A DNA stretch of 64,000 nucleotides, taken from the IMG/VR virus record IMGVR_UViG_3300045988_153285, positions 69,906-133,905 of that record; one strand, 5' to 3'. This DNA comes from a virus. Of the stretch, positions 1-8,132 are shown in pieces; position 1 is the first letter of the stretch; every line of letters begins with the position of its first letter. Under the pieces are notes generated by a model. It did not search any database. It had not been told where the DNA came from and saw only the letters and a list, made by a program, of their open reading frames with translations. The translations under genes were made by a program, and so were the position numbers.

Positions 1-1
1 T

Positions 2-124
2 AAAAATAACAATTTAGATTTAGATACAATAAGAGAAGAATTAAGGGAATATGATTTCATAAAAGTTGATAATGTTCATAATACATTTAAGAATTACATA
101 AAAGAGTTAAGAGAGAATATTTAA
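2..124 (+). CDS. C-terminal end of an ORF that begins upstream of the window; function unknown
   Basis: Frame open from base 2 to TAA at 122-124 (...IREELREYDFIKVDNVHNTFKNYIKELRENI*); lies directly upstream of the CRISPR leader. Confidence 0.3.
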   Translation, partial: KNNNLDLDTIREELREYDFIKVDNVHNTFKNYIKELRENI

Positions 125-187
125 TTGTCGATGTAGTGGGATTTTAACACTAAGTTAATTAGACAGAAAATAAAAGACGGTCAGAGG

Positions 188-217
188 TTGCAAACTTAGT
201 GTTAGAGCCAATATAGA
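188..217 (+). promoter_or_regulatory. candidate sigma-A-type promoter in the CRISPR leader
   Basis: TTGCAA 188-193, 18-nt spacer, TATAGA 212-217, ending 5 nt before repeat 1; chance matches are likely in AT-rich DNA. Confidence 0.25.
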
Positions 218-222
218 TACGG

Positions 223-846
223 GTATTAATTATAATATGGTTATTTATAAACAACAACCTTTTAAAGTCATTATGAGTATTCCAATATGTATTAATTATA
301 ATATGGTTATTTATAAATGAATGTGGACTCCTATATAAGATTATCTTCGATACGTATTAATTATAATATGGTTATTTATAAATATATATAAATTTTATGT
401 GTTTCTTCAGTTTCTTCTGTATTAATTATAATATGGTTATTTATAAACTATAAATAGGTGTTTTTAACTCTAAATAGTGTCAAAGTATTAATTATAATAT
501 GGTTATTTATAAATAGATCTACTGCCATTTTAATATTCATACTATTCACTTGTATTAATTATAATATGGTTATTTATAAACAGTGGTAATTCTATTGTCA
601 ATATATCACCATAACTAGTTTTAATATTAATAATATATATTTATAAAGGTAGTAACAGTTTTAGGAACATTGACAGCTGGTGTGTTTAAATAGTAATATA
701 ATTATTTATAAATGGTGTAGTGGTATACGACATCGAAAATAAAACTGCGTTTAAATATTAATATAGTTATTTATAAACTAAAAGGTCTTCCTAGATACAT
801 TACATCTAAAGAAGTGTATTAATTATAATATAAATTATTTTATAAA
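223..846 (+). CRISPR. CRISPR array, 10 repeats and 9 spacers, type I-B-like repeat style
   Basis: Six identical 29-nt repeats GTATTAATTATAATATGGTTATTTATAAA start at 223, 289, 354, 419, 485 and 552. Four increasingly degenerate copies start at 618, 684, 749 and 816. Nine unique spacers of 36-38 nt. Degenerate end faces cas3, so leader is inferred at 125-222 and transcription on +. Confidence 0.93.
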
Positions 847-866
847 ATTGAAAGGAGTAAAATAAA

Positions 867-2813
867 ATGTTAAAAGAGTATATAGCAAAAACAGATAAAA
901 CATCATTAGAAGATCATAATAAAGAATTGACAAATATACTGAAACAAATAATTGATATATATGATATAGAAAATATAAAAGAATCATTGAATAGATGTAT
1001 TGAATATCATGACATAGGAAAATGTTCTGATTCAATGCAGAATAGATTAAAGGGAAAAGACGTTAATTTTATAAGACATGAATGGGTCGGTGCAAGTGTA
1101 GAAGATCTGACAGATGGTGAAAGATTGGCTATATTAACGCATCATAAAGATATTAGTAAGTCATTAGAATTAATTGATAATGATAAGTATATATCTGAAT
1201 TAGAAGAAATTAAAAATAAATTGAATATAAAATTAAATAATATTGATGATTTTGTTAAGAAAGTAAACAAACCGAGGTGTAGTATTACAAAAGATTTAGA
1301 TAATATATTATTAAAGGGTTATTTAAATTATTGTGACCATTTATGCAGTGCAGGTAATATAACTATAGATAAAGGATTTAATTCTTTAGATAGGTTTAAG
1401 TTTAATAATTATAATTCTATTCAGAATAAGGCTATGAATACACGTGAAGACGTTTTAATTCAAGCTATGACAGGATTAGGTAAAACAGCGGCATCTTTAT
1501 TGTGGAGTAATAATGTTCAGAATGAGGACAAGTCTAAAAGAATATATTACATATTGCCTTTTACAGCTAGTATAAATTCGTTATATAAAGATTTCTTAAA
1601 TAGAAATATATCTACCACAATGCTACATAACAAAGCTGAATATTTTATGGACAAGCTGCATGATGAATATAATTATAAATTAATGAAGTATTCCACTAAG
1701 CAACTAAACATTTGCACAATATTTCAATTAGCTAAGGCAATTTTTAGTTGTAAGAACTTTGAAATGATAATAGCTCAAATGAAGAACAGTATAATAATGG
1801 TAGATGAAATACATTGCTTTGATTTAAAAACGTTGAGTTATATTTTAGAATTATTAAGATTTTTAAAATATAAATTAGGATGTAGAATCTGCATAATGAG
1901 TGCCAGTATTCCAACTGTATTACAGAAATTAATAAAGGATAGACTAGATATAAACAAGGTTATATATGCTGATAAGCGTGATCTAAAAATAAGACATAGA
2001 ATACATAGAGTAAATAAAACAATTTTGGATGACATAGAAAAAATAGAAAATGATCTAAGAGAAGGAAAGCAAGTTATAGTGTGTGTTAATAATGTGACTA
2101 CTTCTCAGATTATTTATAAAATATTTAAAGATAAATATAAGTGCAAGTTGATACATGGTAGATTTAATACTAGAGATAGAGAAATTGCTGAACAAGGGCT
2201 AAAGGTAAATCAATTACTTGTAGGAACTCAAGCGATAGAAGTATCTTTAGATATTAGTTATGATACAATGTATACTGAAATAGCGCCATATGATGCTTTA
2301 CTGCAGCGTTTCGGAAGAGTTAATAGACGTGGAGAAAAGGGAATTAGAGATATTTACATATATAATAACTATAATAAATGTATTTATGATGATGAACTAA
2401 TTAATAATACAGATTTAGTTATAGATGAAATAATACATAATGATAATAGAATAATACTTGAAGAAAAAGTTGAGCATTATTTGGATAAAGTTTATACATA
2501 TATAGATATAATTAGCTACAATAAATATTCAAATTCTTTAGAAAAAGTAATAAATAATCTTAGAGTTGGAAACTATAATAAAAATAGCATAAAAGAGATG
2601 ATTCAAGGTGATACAGTATCGGTAATTCCTGAGTGTCTATTGGAAGAATATCAAAAGCTGATAAATGATAGAGAATATTTAAAAGCTCAATCACTAAAGT
2701 TAAATATTAATTCTAATAGAATGAAATACAATAGTGACATGTTTTATATATGCGATGATTTGGTTGTATCGAAATATAAATATACATATGATTTAGGTAT
2801 GGAGTTTGAATGA
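867..2813 (+). CDS. cas3: Cas3 HD nuclease / SF2 helicase (compact, 648 aa)
   Basis: HD-domain motifs SLEDH, EYHDIGK, IRHEW, LTHHK. Helicase motifs MTGLGKTAA (I), MVDEIHCF (II), MSASIP (III), QRFGRVNRRG (VI). SD AAAGGAG 851-857; start is 20 nt after the last repeat. Confidence 0.9.
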   Translation: MLKEYIAKTDKTSLEDHNKELTNILKQIIDIYDIENIKESLNRCIEYHDIGKCSDSMQNRLKGKDVNFIRHEWVGASVEDLTDGERLAILTHHKDISKSLELIDNDKYISELEEIKNKLNIKLNNIDDFVKKVNKPRCSITKDLDNILLKGYLNYCDHLCSAGNITIDKGFNSLDRFKFNNYNSIQNKAMNTREDVLIQAMTGLGKTAASLLWSNNVQNEDKSKRIYYILPFTASINSLYKDFLNRNISTTMLHNKAEYFMDKLHDEYNYKLMKYSTKQLNICTIFQLAKAIFSCKNFEMIIAQMKNSIIMVDEIHCFDLKTLSYILELLRFLKYKLGCRICIMSASIPTVLQKLIKDRLDINKVIYADKRDLKIRHRIHRVNKTILDDIEKIENDLREGKQVIVCVNNVTTSQIIYKIFKDKYKCKLIHGRFNTRDREIAEQGLKVNQLLVGTQAIEVSLDISYDTMYTEIAPYDALLQRFGRVNRRGEKGIRDIYIYNNYNKCIYDDELINNTDLVIDEIIHNDNRIILEEKVEHYLDKVYTYIDIISYNKYSNSLEKVINNLRVGNYNKNSIKEMIQGDTVSVIPECLLEEYQKLINDREYLKAQSLKLNINSNRMKYNSDMFYICDDLVVSKYKYTYDLGMEFE

Positions 2814-2833
2814 ACTTAAATTAAAAATTTAAA

Positions 2834-2882
2834 ATATAAATTAATAAAATAGATTGACAAATTTAAATAAGTAATATATAAT
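2834..2882 (+). promoter_or_regulatory. promoter with conserved 17-nt upstream box (copy 1 of 7)
   Basis: ATATAAATTAATAAAAT 2834-2850, 3 nt, TTGACA 2854-2859, 17-nt spacer, TATAAT 2877-2882. Confidence 0.7.
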
Positions 2883-3134
2883 AAATAATGTAAGATTAAG
2901 GCATAAACCTTTAGCATAAGTATTGTCATAAATAATATGAAGGGCGGTGATTATCAAATTTAGGATAAATACATAAAACAAATCAAGATCAAACCAATTT
3001 AAATAAAAAATAAACCTATTCACACATTATTAACGGTTGACCTTAATTGGTCAATCTGAGGATATTGAAAAGTATCTTGAGATTAACTAATTAAGAAATG
3101 ACTTATAAATTAAAATTACAAAGGAGTTGGGAAA

Positions 3135-3308
3135 ATGAATGCATATGAATTAATGAAAGAATTCTATGATCTAGATAATGAGATTTTAGAATTGGTAAAC
3201 AAGAAAAATAAGAAAGATGTAGCCTGGATGGACAAGGCGATCGATTCAAAATTAAGCAGACAATTAGAAATTAAGCACACTTTAGAAAGAATAAATGTAG
3301 TGTTATAG
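3135..3308 (+). CDS. hypothetical small protein (57 aa)
   Basis: ATG 3135 preceded by AAGGAG; in-frame TAG 3306-3308; below ORF-track size cutoff. Confidence 0.55.
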   Translation: MNAYELMKEFYDLDNEILELVNKKNKKDVAWMDKAIDSKLSRQLEIKHTLERINVVL

Positions 3309-3318
3309 GAGGGAAATT

Positions 3319-3705
3319 ATGAATCATAAATACATAGAAGAAATTATGGATATAGAAGAATCGCCTTATGGTTGGTCAAAAAATACGGGTAGAGATGAAA
3401 TGTGGGAAGATCAAAGAAGAATATATGGGTTTGATGAAAGAGAAACTTGGAGTTTAGATGCAACATTTATCTATTGGCTATATGAACGATTGAGAATGTT
3501 TAATGAAGTAAATTGTATAAATACTGATTTTCATACATTCGATATAAACGGTAAGAAACTTACTCAACAAGAATGCATAGATACTATGATAGCTAAATGC
3601 AAAGATTATATAGCATATCGAGGAATAGATGATAATTATACTTACAACTTAAAAAATGAAATTTTAGATATATGGAAAGAATGCATTCATGCTATGTGGT
3701 GGTAG
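3319..3705 (+). CDS. hypothetical protein (128 aa)
   Basis: ORF track; SD AGGAGGG upstream; tightly packed co-oriented operon. Confidence 0.75.
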   Translation: MNHKYIEEIMDIEESPYGWSKNTGRDEMWEDQRRIYGFDERETWSLDATFIYWLYERLRMFNEVNCINTDFHTFDINGKKLTQQECIDTMIAKCKDYIAYRGIDDNYTYNLKNEILDIWKECIHAMWW

Positions 3706-3742
3706 CAAATAAAATGCGGATTTTAAAAGGAGTTGAATAAAA

Positions 3743-4087
3743 ATGGATAGAGAAATAATATTGAAAGCTTTAAGAATTCATGAAGATGGAATAATGCAAT
3801 TTACTCTAGGAGAGGTAACTGTTGACGAAGATGAGACAATTAAATGTAGTGATATTTATAGTTCAGAATGGGAAAATCATAGTGAAGAAATAGCAGTTTC
3901 GATAGAAAGTATATTATGTAGTAATATGCCTTTAAAACCAGATATGTTGGTAGGTATTATAGTAAATGAATGGTTTAACTATGTTGGTAGTGATGTTGAA
4001 GATTTAAACTATTATGGTTTACTAGGTGTAGCTATAGAAATTATAGATTATATAGAAAGATGCCAACACAAGGATGATAATGAATAA
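3743..4087 (+). CDS. hypothetical acidic protein (114 aa)
   Basis: ORF track; SD AAAGGAG upstream. Confidence 0.75.
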   Translation: MDREIILKALRIHEDGIMQFTLGEVTVDEDETIKCSDIYSSEWENHSEEIAVSIESILCSNMPLKPDMLVGIIVNEWFNYVGSDVEDLNYYGLLGVAIEIIDYIERCQHKDDNE

Positions 4088-4119
4088 TTTGAAATTATTG
4101 CGAAAGAGAGGATTTTAAA

Positions 4120-4314
4120 ATGGTAGTAAGAAATGATAAAGATAAATTAGTTTTTCAAAGTTTAGATTTTGAAATAATGTTAGGTGATATGTTTATGAAG
4201 TGTAGGAATGTAAGAGAAGCACAGTGGTTAGCATGTCAATTACAGGGTGCAGTTGAAGTTATTTGTGAAGAGAAAATAGATGAAATTGAAAGTGACGAAG
4301 AATTATGTGATTAA
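4120..4314 (+). CDS. hypothetical protein (64 aa)
   Basis: ORF track; SD AGAGAGG upstream; bracketed by the inverted motifs TTTGAAATTATTGCGAA / TTCGCAATTT. Confidence 0.65.
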   Translation: MVVRNDKDKLVFQSLDFEIMLGDMFMKCRNVREAQWLACQLQGAVEVICEEKIDEIESDEELCD

Positions 4315-4356
4315 TTCGCAATTTAAAAATAGGACTTTGAAATTATTACGAGGTAA

Positions 4357-4458
4357 ATGGATATGGTTATTTTAAAAATTATAATAGGGTTATGGTTAAT
4401 TTTTGTAGTAATACCAACATTATTTAAGATACTAGAAGATTACAAACATACAAAATAA
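4357..4458 (+). CDS. possible small membrane peptide (33 aa)
   Basis: ATG 4357 after GAGG; MDMVILKIIIGLWLIFVVIPTLFKILEDYKHTK has one hydrophobic helix; very short. Confidence 0.35.
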   Translation: MDMVILKIIIGLWLIFVVIPTLFKILEDYKHTK

Positions 4459-4515
4459 AGGAGTAGCAAGTAATTCATTAAAAAAATTAACGAATAACTG
4501 AAAGGAATAATATAA

Positions 4516-4683
4516 ATGATGGTTTATCAAATAATGGAATATAGAAATTGTGACGAACATTATAGTTGGGGAATGTATTCATCTGAAGAGAATGCAATAC
4601 TTTACTTAAAACAAATGGGATGGGATAAATGTGAGGATTTTGAGATTGTATCATATGAGTTGGATGAAAAACTAAAAAAGTAA
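4516..4683 (+). CDS. hypothetical small protein (55 aa)
   Basis: ATG 4516 after AAAGGAA; replaces the antisense track ORF 4487..4714. Confidence 0.45.
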   Translation: MMVYQIMEYRNCDEHYSWGMYSSEENAILYLKQMGWDKCEDFEIVSYELDEKLKK

Positions 4684-4851
4684 TTCGCAATTCAAAAAGT
4701 GAAGAAAAATACATAGATAATTATGAAGAGTATTCAAATATTGGCGATGACGGATGTCTAGAGTACGAAAGTAAATTAGGGTATTAATTAAACAATAATT
4801 AAAAATAAAGTGAATTGATAAAATTACAAATTTATTAAAGTAGGTGATAAT

Positions 4852-5061
4852 ATGAAAAAGAAATTAACAGAAGAAATAGAAAATCTGGAAAGAAAAATGA
4901 TGACTGCTGGAACAATATTAGCTGTAATATCATCAATAGGATTGTATGCTTGGGCGTTTGGTGTAAAGATGGTGCATCCAGCAATATATGTTATGAGTAT
5001 GATAATGGGTATAGGTTTCTTTTGCACAGCCTGTGTAGATAAAATTAGGAGGTTGAAATAG
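4852..5061 (+). CDS. small membrane protein (69 aa)
   Basis: ORF track; two hydrophobic segments; SD AGGTGA upstream. Confidence 0.7.
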   Translation: MKKKLTEEIENLERKMMTAGTILAVISSIGLYAWAFGVKMVHPAIYVMSMIMGIGFFCTACVDKIRRLK

Positions 5062-5062
5062 T

Positions 5063-5500
5063 ATGAAGCAAATAGTTGTAAATGGTGGAGAAACTCATGG
5101 AGGTTTATTAACTCCAAAGTGGGTAGTTGAATATTACAGAAGAAAAGGAATTGAGTTATTTGTTTATATTCCTGAATTAATAGAAGATGATTATATATAT
5201 GAATTGAAAGATCCAAACGAGTTAGATGATAACACTTGTATATATTGTCCGTTATATTTACTTGATAATTTTGGTGATATTATTGAAGAAATTACCGATG
5301 AAATAGCTCAGAAAGTAGTTAATGAATACGATATGTTTAAAGATAGAGAAGATAAGACATTAATAGATATTGTAAAAGAAATAAATAATGAAAACTTAGT
5401 TAAAATCATAGAGATACCTGATGACGTTGAATATGACGTTGCAGAATCAGATTGTGGATTTAGGGAATGGGTAGAAGAAAAACATAGAGTGTGGTATTAG
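5063..5500 (+). CDS. hypothetical acidic protein (145 aa)
   Basis: ORF track; SD GGAGG inside end of preceding gene. Confidence 0.75.
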   Translation: MKQIVVNGGETHGGLLTPKWVVEYYRRKGIELFVYIPELIEDDYIYELKDPNELDDNTCIYCPLYLLDNFGDIIEEITDEIAQKVVNEYDMFKDREDKTLIDIVKEINNENLVKIIEIPDDVEYDVAESDCGFREWVEEKHRVWY

Positions 5501-5511
5501 GAGAAATAAAT

Positions 5512-5637
5512 ATGAGTAGATTAGATTTTGAATTAAAGGTTATTGATATATTAGATGATGCATGTAGTAATTTATCAAGTCAAGAATTTGACAAGCTGTT
5601 AGAAAGAATTAAAGAAACTATTGAAGATTATGAATAA
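5512..5637 (+). CDS. hypothetical small protein (41 aa)
   Basis: ATG 5512 after AGGAGA; stop TAA 5635-5637. Confidence 0.45.
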   Translation: MSRLDFELKVIDILDDACSNLSSQEFDKLLERIKETIEDYE

Positions 5638-5655
5638 GTATATGGAGGCAAGAAT

Positions 5656-5907
5656 ATGAAAAATGATAATAAAGTTATACAAACAAATATAACAAACAAG
5701 GATATAGTTATTAGAATACCAAAGAAATTTATACTTGAAGACTTTGAAAACAGTGTTGAAGACTATAAAATAAAAGGAAATAAGAAAACAGAATTTATAA
5801 ATGAATTCACTAAGTTATTTAGAGAACATATAGAAGATAACGATATTGTAGTTGATATTTATGATGAATTATGTGATACAGATTTAGTTAAAGAAATAGA
5901 ATATTAA
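5656..5907 (+). CDS. hypothetical protein (83 aa)
   Basis: ORF track; SD GGAGG upstream. Confidence 0.7.
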   Translation: MKNDNKVIQTNITNKDIVIRIPKKFILEDFENSVEDYKIKGNKKTEFINEFTKLFREHIEDNDIVVDIYDELCDTDLVKEIEY

Positions 5908-5946
5908 AATTAATAAAAACAATATTTTAAAGAAAGGAATAGTTAT

Positions 5947-6084
5947 ATGTTTTGCTTAGATGACAATAAATATAAAAATGAGTGCGGTAAGTGTTGTAGT
6001 AAATGTATGGATAGACAAACTCATTTATGTAAGAAAAGCTGTTTTTATTTGACTTTTAGATGTGATGAATGTATGCATCAATAA
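5947..6084 (+). CDS. Cys-rich small protein (45 aa)
   Basis: ATG 5947 after AAAGGAA; 11 Cys including CGKCCSKC and CDEC. Confidence 0.45.
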   Translation: MFCLDDNKYKNECGKCCSKCMDRQTHLCKKSCFYLTFRCDECMHQ

Positions 6085-6106
6085 AATAATAGGAGGTTAA
6101 TTAGAT

Positions 6107-6304
6107 ATGAACACAGAATTTTATACAATTATGATTGGTGATAAGTTCTTAAATTCGAATTTATTTAGAAAAGAAAATGAATTGATAACAGAGGCAGTTA
6201 AATTTACATATGAAGAAGATTGTAGAGAATATTTTAATGATCTTAGAAAAGACAAGCCATTTAAAATAGTTAAGGTTAAATGCGAATTAGAGGAAGTAGA
6301 ATAG
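6107..6304 (+). CDS. hypothetical protein (65 aa)
   Basis: ORF track; SD AGGAGG upstream. Confidence 0.7.
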   Translation: MNTEFYTIMIGDKFLNSNLFRKENELITEAVKFTYEEDCREYFNDLRKDKPFKIVKVKCELEEVE

Positions 6305-6318
6305 AGGAGGAATATACA

Positions 6319-6480
6319 ATGAAAGCAAAAATAGCATTACATGGTTGTGATGATATTACACGTTTTGAGGTTGAAGTTGATGATAACAAGTTAGAATTTA
6401 TTAAAGAATTGTCTGAAAAGTCTATAGAAGAATCAGAATATGCGTGTATGCCAGTTTTAAAATATGAAATATGTGAATAA
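6319..6480 (+). CDS. hypothetical protein (53 aa)
   Basis: Track ORF 6280..6480 trimmed to ATG 6319, which follows GAGGAGG at proper spacing. Confidence 0.6.
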   Translation: MKAKIALHGCDDITRFEVEVDDNKLEFIKELSEKSIEESEYACMPVLKYEICE

Positions 6481-6526
6481 AATTTACGATTTATATAAAT
6501 TAATATAATAAAAGGAGTGTTTATTT

Positions 6527-6727
6527 ATGAAAAACAAATTAACAATAGCTGTAACAATTTTACTATTAAACATTGCAGTCGGAGGATGGTCAGTAAATGA
6601 AATACTATCCTGGTTCGGCAAGAATATACCATTTGCATTTGATATAATTTTAGGATTAATAACAGGATCTATTTCAATACCAGTAGCAATTGTAGGATGG
6701 ATATTAAAAGTTTGTGGAGTATTTTAA
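6527..6727 (+). CDS. small membrane protein (66 aa)
   Basis: ORF track; two hydrophobic helices; SD AAGGAG upstream. Confidence 0.7.
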   Translation: MKNKLTIAVTILLLNIAVGGWSVNEILSWFGKNIPFAFDIILGLITGSISIPVAIVGWILKVCGVF

Positions 6728-6745
6728 AAAGGAGTTAATACATAT

Positions 6746-6919
6746 ATGAACGTAATAGCATGGACAGTGTTAACGTTAAGCTGGTTAAGTGCAGCAATAT
6801 GTTTAACAGGTGTAATTATAGAAGGTAATACTAAAGATAAAGTTAAGAATTTAGTACGAGCTAGTATAAACATAATGACAATGTATTTAATGTTATATAT
6901 GTTAGGATTTATAATTTAA
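6746..6919 (+). CDS. small membrane protein (57 aa)
   Basis: ATG 6746 after AAGGAG; hydrophobic sequence MNVIAWTVLTLSWLSAAICLTGVII... Confidence 0.5.
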   Translation: MNVIAWTVLTLSWLSAAICLTGVIIEGNTKDKVKNLVRASINIMTMYLMLYMLGFII

Positions 6920-6949
6920 GTAAAAATATAATTTTACAAAAAAAACATA

Positions 6950-6998
6950 ATATAAATTAACAAAATTGGTTGACAAGTTCTTTTATATGATATATAAT
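6950..6998 (+). promoter_or_regulatory. promoter with conserved upstream box (copy 2)
   Basis: ATATAAATTAACAAAAT 6950-6966, 3 nt, TTGACA 6970-6975, 17 nt, TATAAT 6993-6998. Confidence 0.7.
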
Positions 6999-7110
6999 AA
7001 ATTATGTAAGGAGGACAAGTTAATAAATAATAAAAATTAAAATACAGAGATAAGAATAAAACCTGTGAGAAGATGGTTAAATAAATTGAAATAAAAAGGA
7101 GAAATGAATT

Positions 7111-8040
7111 ATGGAAAGAACAGCAAACAAATTATCAATCGTAGGAGTTTTAGTTAAGAAAGGTTTAGAAATCAGAAATGTAGGAGAAGACAAAGAATGC
7201 ATATCTGGAAGTTTAGTTTTAAGAACTGATGATGGTAGTGAACACGAAGTTAATTATTTTGCAAATAAATATAAGAAGGATGAGAATGGAAATTTCACAA
7301 GTGAAATTAGTAAAATGTATACTGGTTATGAAACAATTATTTCAGATTACATATCTTTAGAAATGGATAAAGATAATGCAGATGTTATTAAAACAGGAAG
7401 CACTGAGTTAACAGCAAATGATTTTAAGAATAAAGAAGGAAATTTAATATCAACTAATAAGATTAGAGCAAATTTTGCAAATAGATTGTCAGATCAAGAA
7501 AGAGAAATAACGCCAAAAGCGGCAACATTTGAAGTATCAGGAGTGATAACAAAAATTCAACCTGAAATGATTAAAGATGAAGCAACTGGAAATGGAATAG
7601 TAATGTTAGATGTAATTGGTTATAATGGTACTATAATTCCTGTCAAATTAACAATTCCATCAAACTTAGTAGATGGATTCGGAAAAGCAGGTTTCTATGA
7701 AGGTGGTACAGGGAAGTTTACAGGTAACATTATAAATACAAAAACAATAGAAACAGTTGTAGAAAAACAAGCGTTTGGAGAAGATAAGGTTTATGAAACA
7801 ACAAAAACTGTAAAAAGATATGAAGTTAGAGGTGGATCTCCATTAGGTGGATTCGAATCATTAAAAATAACTCAAGAAGAATATTCAGCGGCACAATCTA
7901 AGAGAAGATTAAAATTAGATGAAATTAAAAATGGTACAAATAATTCAAATACAAACAATGTAAATAATATGAACAATCCTTTTGGACAAGCAGCTCAACC
8001 ACAAGTTAATCCATTTAGCAGTAACCCTTTTGCTAGATAG
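7111..8040 (+). CDS. hypothetical protein, possibly the ssDNA-binding partner of the adjacent ATPase (309 aa)
   Basis: ORF track; first gene after a promoter; N/Q/P-rich tail with NPF repeats. Functional guess rests only on position next to the AAA_24-like ATPase. Confidence 0.35.
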   Translation: MERTANKLSIVGVLVKKGLEIRNVGEDKECISGSLVLRTDDGSEHEVNYFANKYKKDENGNFTSEISKMYTGYETIISDYISLEMDKDNADVIKTGSTELTANDFKNKEGNLISTNKIRANFANRLSDQEREITPKAATFEVSGVITKIQPEMIKDEATGNGIVMLDVIGYNGTIIPVKLTIPSNLVDGFGKAGFYEGGTGKFTGNIINTKTIETVVEKQAFGEDKVYETTKTVKRYEVRGGSPLGGFESLKITQEEYSAAQSKRRLKLDEIKNGTNNSNTNNVNNMNNPFGQAAQPQVNPFSSNPFAR

Positions 8041-8061
8041 CAATACATATAAATTAACAAA

Positions 8062-8088
8062 ATAAGGGTGTTTAATAAACACCCTTAT
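8062..8088 (+). terminator. stem-loop after gene 7111..8040
   Basis: ATAAGGGTGTT / AACACCCTTAT 11-bp stem; no clear U-tract; preceded by an eighth copy of the 17-nt promoter box (8047-8063). Confidence 0.35.
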
Positions 8089-8132
8089 GAAATATAAATT
8101 AAATTTATTAGATTGAAGGAGAGATTATTAAT

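Noticed and set aside
835-2035. Minus-strand track ORFs 835..1035 and 1838..2035, overlapping the array trailer and cas3
   Set aside because: These are low-complexity F/L/Y/I-rich translations, typical of antisense frames in AT-rich coding DNA. They have no SD and are fully contained in the well-supported cas3 gene and array.
2841-5216. Minus-strand track ORFs 2841..3023, 4487..4714 and 4824..5216
   Set aside because: They run opposite to a tightly packed plus-strand operon, have hydrophobic low-complexity sequences and lack SD sequences. Plus-strand ORFs with SDs explain the same DNA.
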